Source of the DNA: Bacteroidota bacterium
Lineage (GTDB): Bacteria; Bacteroidota; Bacteroidia; UKL13-3
Assembly: GCA_027491085.1 (NCBI GenBank)
Contig: JAIXWW010000020.1
Location: 72,586-136,585 of the forward strand
Length of the DNA: 64,000 nt
Direction: 5' to 3'
A program made the position numbers and the translations under genes. Below the pieces are notes generated by a model. It was not told the origin of the DNA. It searched no databases and was given only the letters and a program-made list of their open reading frames with translations. Below, in pieces: positions 62,666 through 64,000 of the stretch; positions within the stretch are counted from its first letter, which is position 1, and each line of letters starts with the position of its first letter.

Positions 62666-63778
62666 TTAATAAGAAAATGCAAATACAGCATTGATGTCTT
62701 TTAACTCAATGGTGGTGGTTCCATCACTAACATTACAAGTAAATAAAACCTTCACTTTAATTATTTTTTTACCAGTAACCATGTCTTTGTAATTAGTAAT
62801 TTCTTGAATAACAAAACCTGTAAACTGCTCTAAATACTTTGATGAATAATAAGTTCCATCTGGAGCAGTATAATCAATAATTACCTTGTTAAACTGAAGT
62901 GTATCTCGAATAGGTATTAAACTGTATGAAAAATTTGAAACACAATTCTTATTAGCTGATGTAGCTAAATTTTTTGATACAAGTGTGGTATCATTTGTAA
63001 TTTTATTTATAGCCAATAAATCTACTTTATATACCCCTTCATTAGCAAATGCAGGTAAGTCAAAATAATTGCCTTTCGGAAATGAATTGGTTTGATTCAA
63101 ATATTGCCAAACAAATTTGTGCGTACTTGAATCTGCATTGATAACATTGCATCTAAATACATTATTACCAATATTTTGGTAGGTATAGTCTATATAGCCA
63201 TTTAAGTTGTTACCATCAATGTATACAGGTGTTTCTATGGTTGAAGAGCAATTTACGTCTTTAAAATCTGCCGTTAGTTTAATGTTTTTCTTACCATCCG
63301 TTTTAAATATAAATTCAGGATCAGTTGCCAAACTACCAAACCCATCACCAAAATCCCATTTATAATCTACATTACCAATACCTACTGATTCATTTTTTAA
63401 AATAATTTTATAAGCACTTGGTGGCAATACATCTTTGTAATAACTATAAATATTGCCTTGCTTGAATACTGAATCTAAAAGCCAATTGCTGCTATTTCCT
63501 ATTTCAAAATTACGAATTGTAATACTTAATTTTTCTTTGCAATTAGCACATGTGCTAACCAATGAACCTGTGTAAGTATTTATATTTAAACTATCTTTTC
63601 CATTATCAGTTTGCATAATGAAATTATTGTTACCAGCTTCAATTAAAACAGATTTATTATTGATTATTCCTTTGGCATAAAACTCAGCAGTACCAATATA
63701 TCCAATTGGATCTTCTTTGGTTTTACAACCTGTTGTTAAAATAGCAAAACTGATAATGAAATATATTATTGAACGCAT
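62666..63778 (-). CDS. Lipoprotein with a PKD-like domain
   Basis: 370 aa with lipobox TTGC. YKWDFGDGFGS is the PKD-type WDFGDG motif. Confidence 0.55.
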   Translation of the reverse strand: MRSIIYFIISFAILTTGCKTKEDPIGYIGTAEFYAKGIINNKSVLIEAGNNNFIMQTDNGKDSLNINTYTGSLVSTCANCKEKLSITIRNFEIGNSSNWLLDSVFKQGNIYSYYKDVLPPSAYKIILKNESVGIGNVDYKWDFGDGFGSLATDPEFIFKTDGKKNIKLTADFKDVNCSSTIETPVYIDGNNLNGYIDYTYQNIGNNVFRCNVINADSSTHKFVWQYLNQTNSFPKGNYFDLPAFANEGVYKVDLLAINKITNDTTLVSKNLATSANKNCVSNFSYSLIPIRDTLQFNKVIIDYTAPDGTYYSSKYLEQFTGFVIQEITNYKDMVTGKKIIKVKVLFTCNVSDGTTTIELKDINAVFAFSY

Positions 63779-63784
63779 GAAATA

Positions 63785-64000
63785 TTATTTTATAATGTAT
63801 TGTAAACCTAATTTAACTCCTCTGTTTTTATAGTTAGCCGTTTCATTGGTTGAAACATCATTTAAACCATAAACATAGGCAGCATTTACAGCTAAATGTT
63901 TGGTAAATCTAAATTGGTAATTTAGGGTAAATTGAATATCAGATTTAATAATTCCATTACTGTAATTATTGGTGCTTTTGTTTACGATTGTATTGTTTTC
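63785..64000 (-). CDS. 3' end of an outer-membrane beta-barrel (porin-family) protein gene; 5' part lies outside the window
   Basis: The minus-strand frame is open from the window edge to TAA (63787-63785). The translation is ...FTLNYQFRFTKHLAVNAAYVYGLNDVSTNETANYKNRGVKLGLQYIIK*. Confidence 0.45.
   Translation of the reverse strand, partial: ENNTIVNKSTNNYSNGIIKSDIQFTLNYQFRFTKHLAVNAAYVYGLNDVSTNETANYKNRGVKLGLQYIIK

Overview
This is an AT-rich chromosomal segment that looks like Bacteroidota (Flavobacteriia/Cytophagia-like). Supporting signs are a cargo protein with a T9SS type-B sorting domain, many SpII lipoproteins, OM beta-barrels and a TonB-dependent receptor, a TAnnTTTG-type -7 box, and leaders without Shine-Dalgarno sequences. 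There are roughly 55 protein genes. Most are housekeeping (uvrB; thrS-infC-rpmI-rplT; recO; lpxB-fmt; hpt; an RsmB-like methyltransferase; CCA-adding enzyme), interleaved with cell-envelope genes. I found no rRNA, tRNA, CRISPR array, transposase or integrase. The most notable observations are: (1) A class III (NmFic-like) fic gene sits in a ~790-bp module bounded by perfect 88-bp direct repeats that duplicate the 3' end of rplT. (2) A CI-like HTH/S24 repressor lies divergent from dinB-dnaE2, forming a non-canonical SOS mutagenesis cassette without imuA/imuB, with candidate operator palindromes. (3) A recurrent intergenic architecture of strongly strand-skewed low-complexity tracts. On the coding strand there are G-free leaders of up to 129 nt before start codons and stop-codon-dense GT-rich trailers after stop codons. 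Three trailers begin with the same TAGTTGTTGG, and the tracts share a degenerate word set. (4) A phased 10 x 21-bp tandem array, a perfect (TGCCCAT)x8 microsatellite and a covarying two-hairpin repeat element lie upstream of operons. (5) A Fic-fold protein with an obliterated active-site motif is fused to a wHTH. All functional calls rest on motif recognition by eye, because no database search or folding program could be run.
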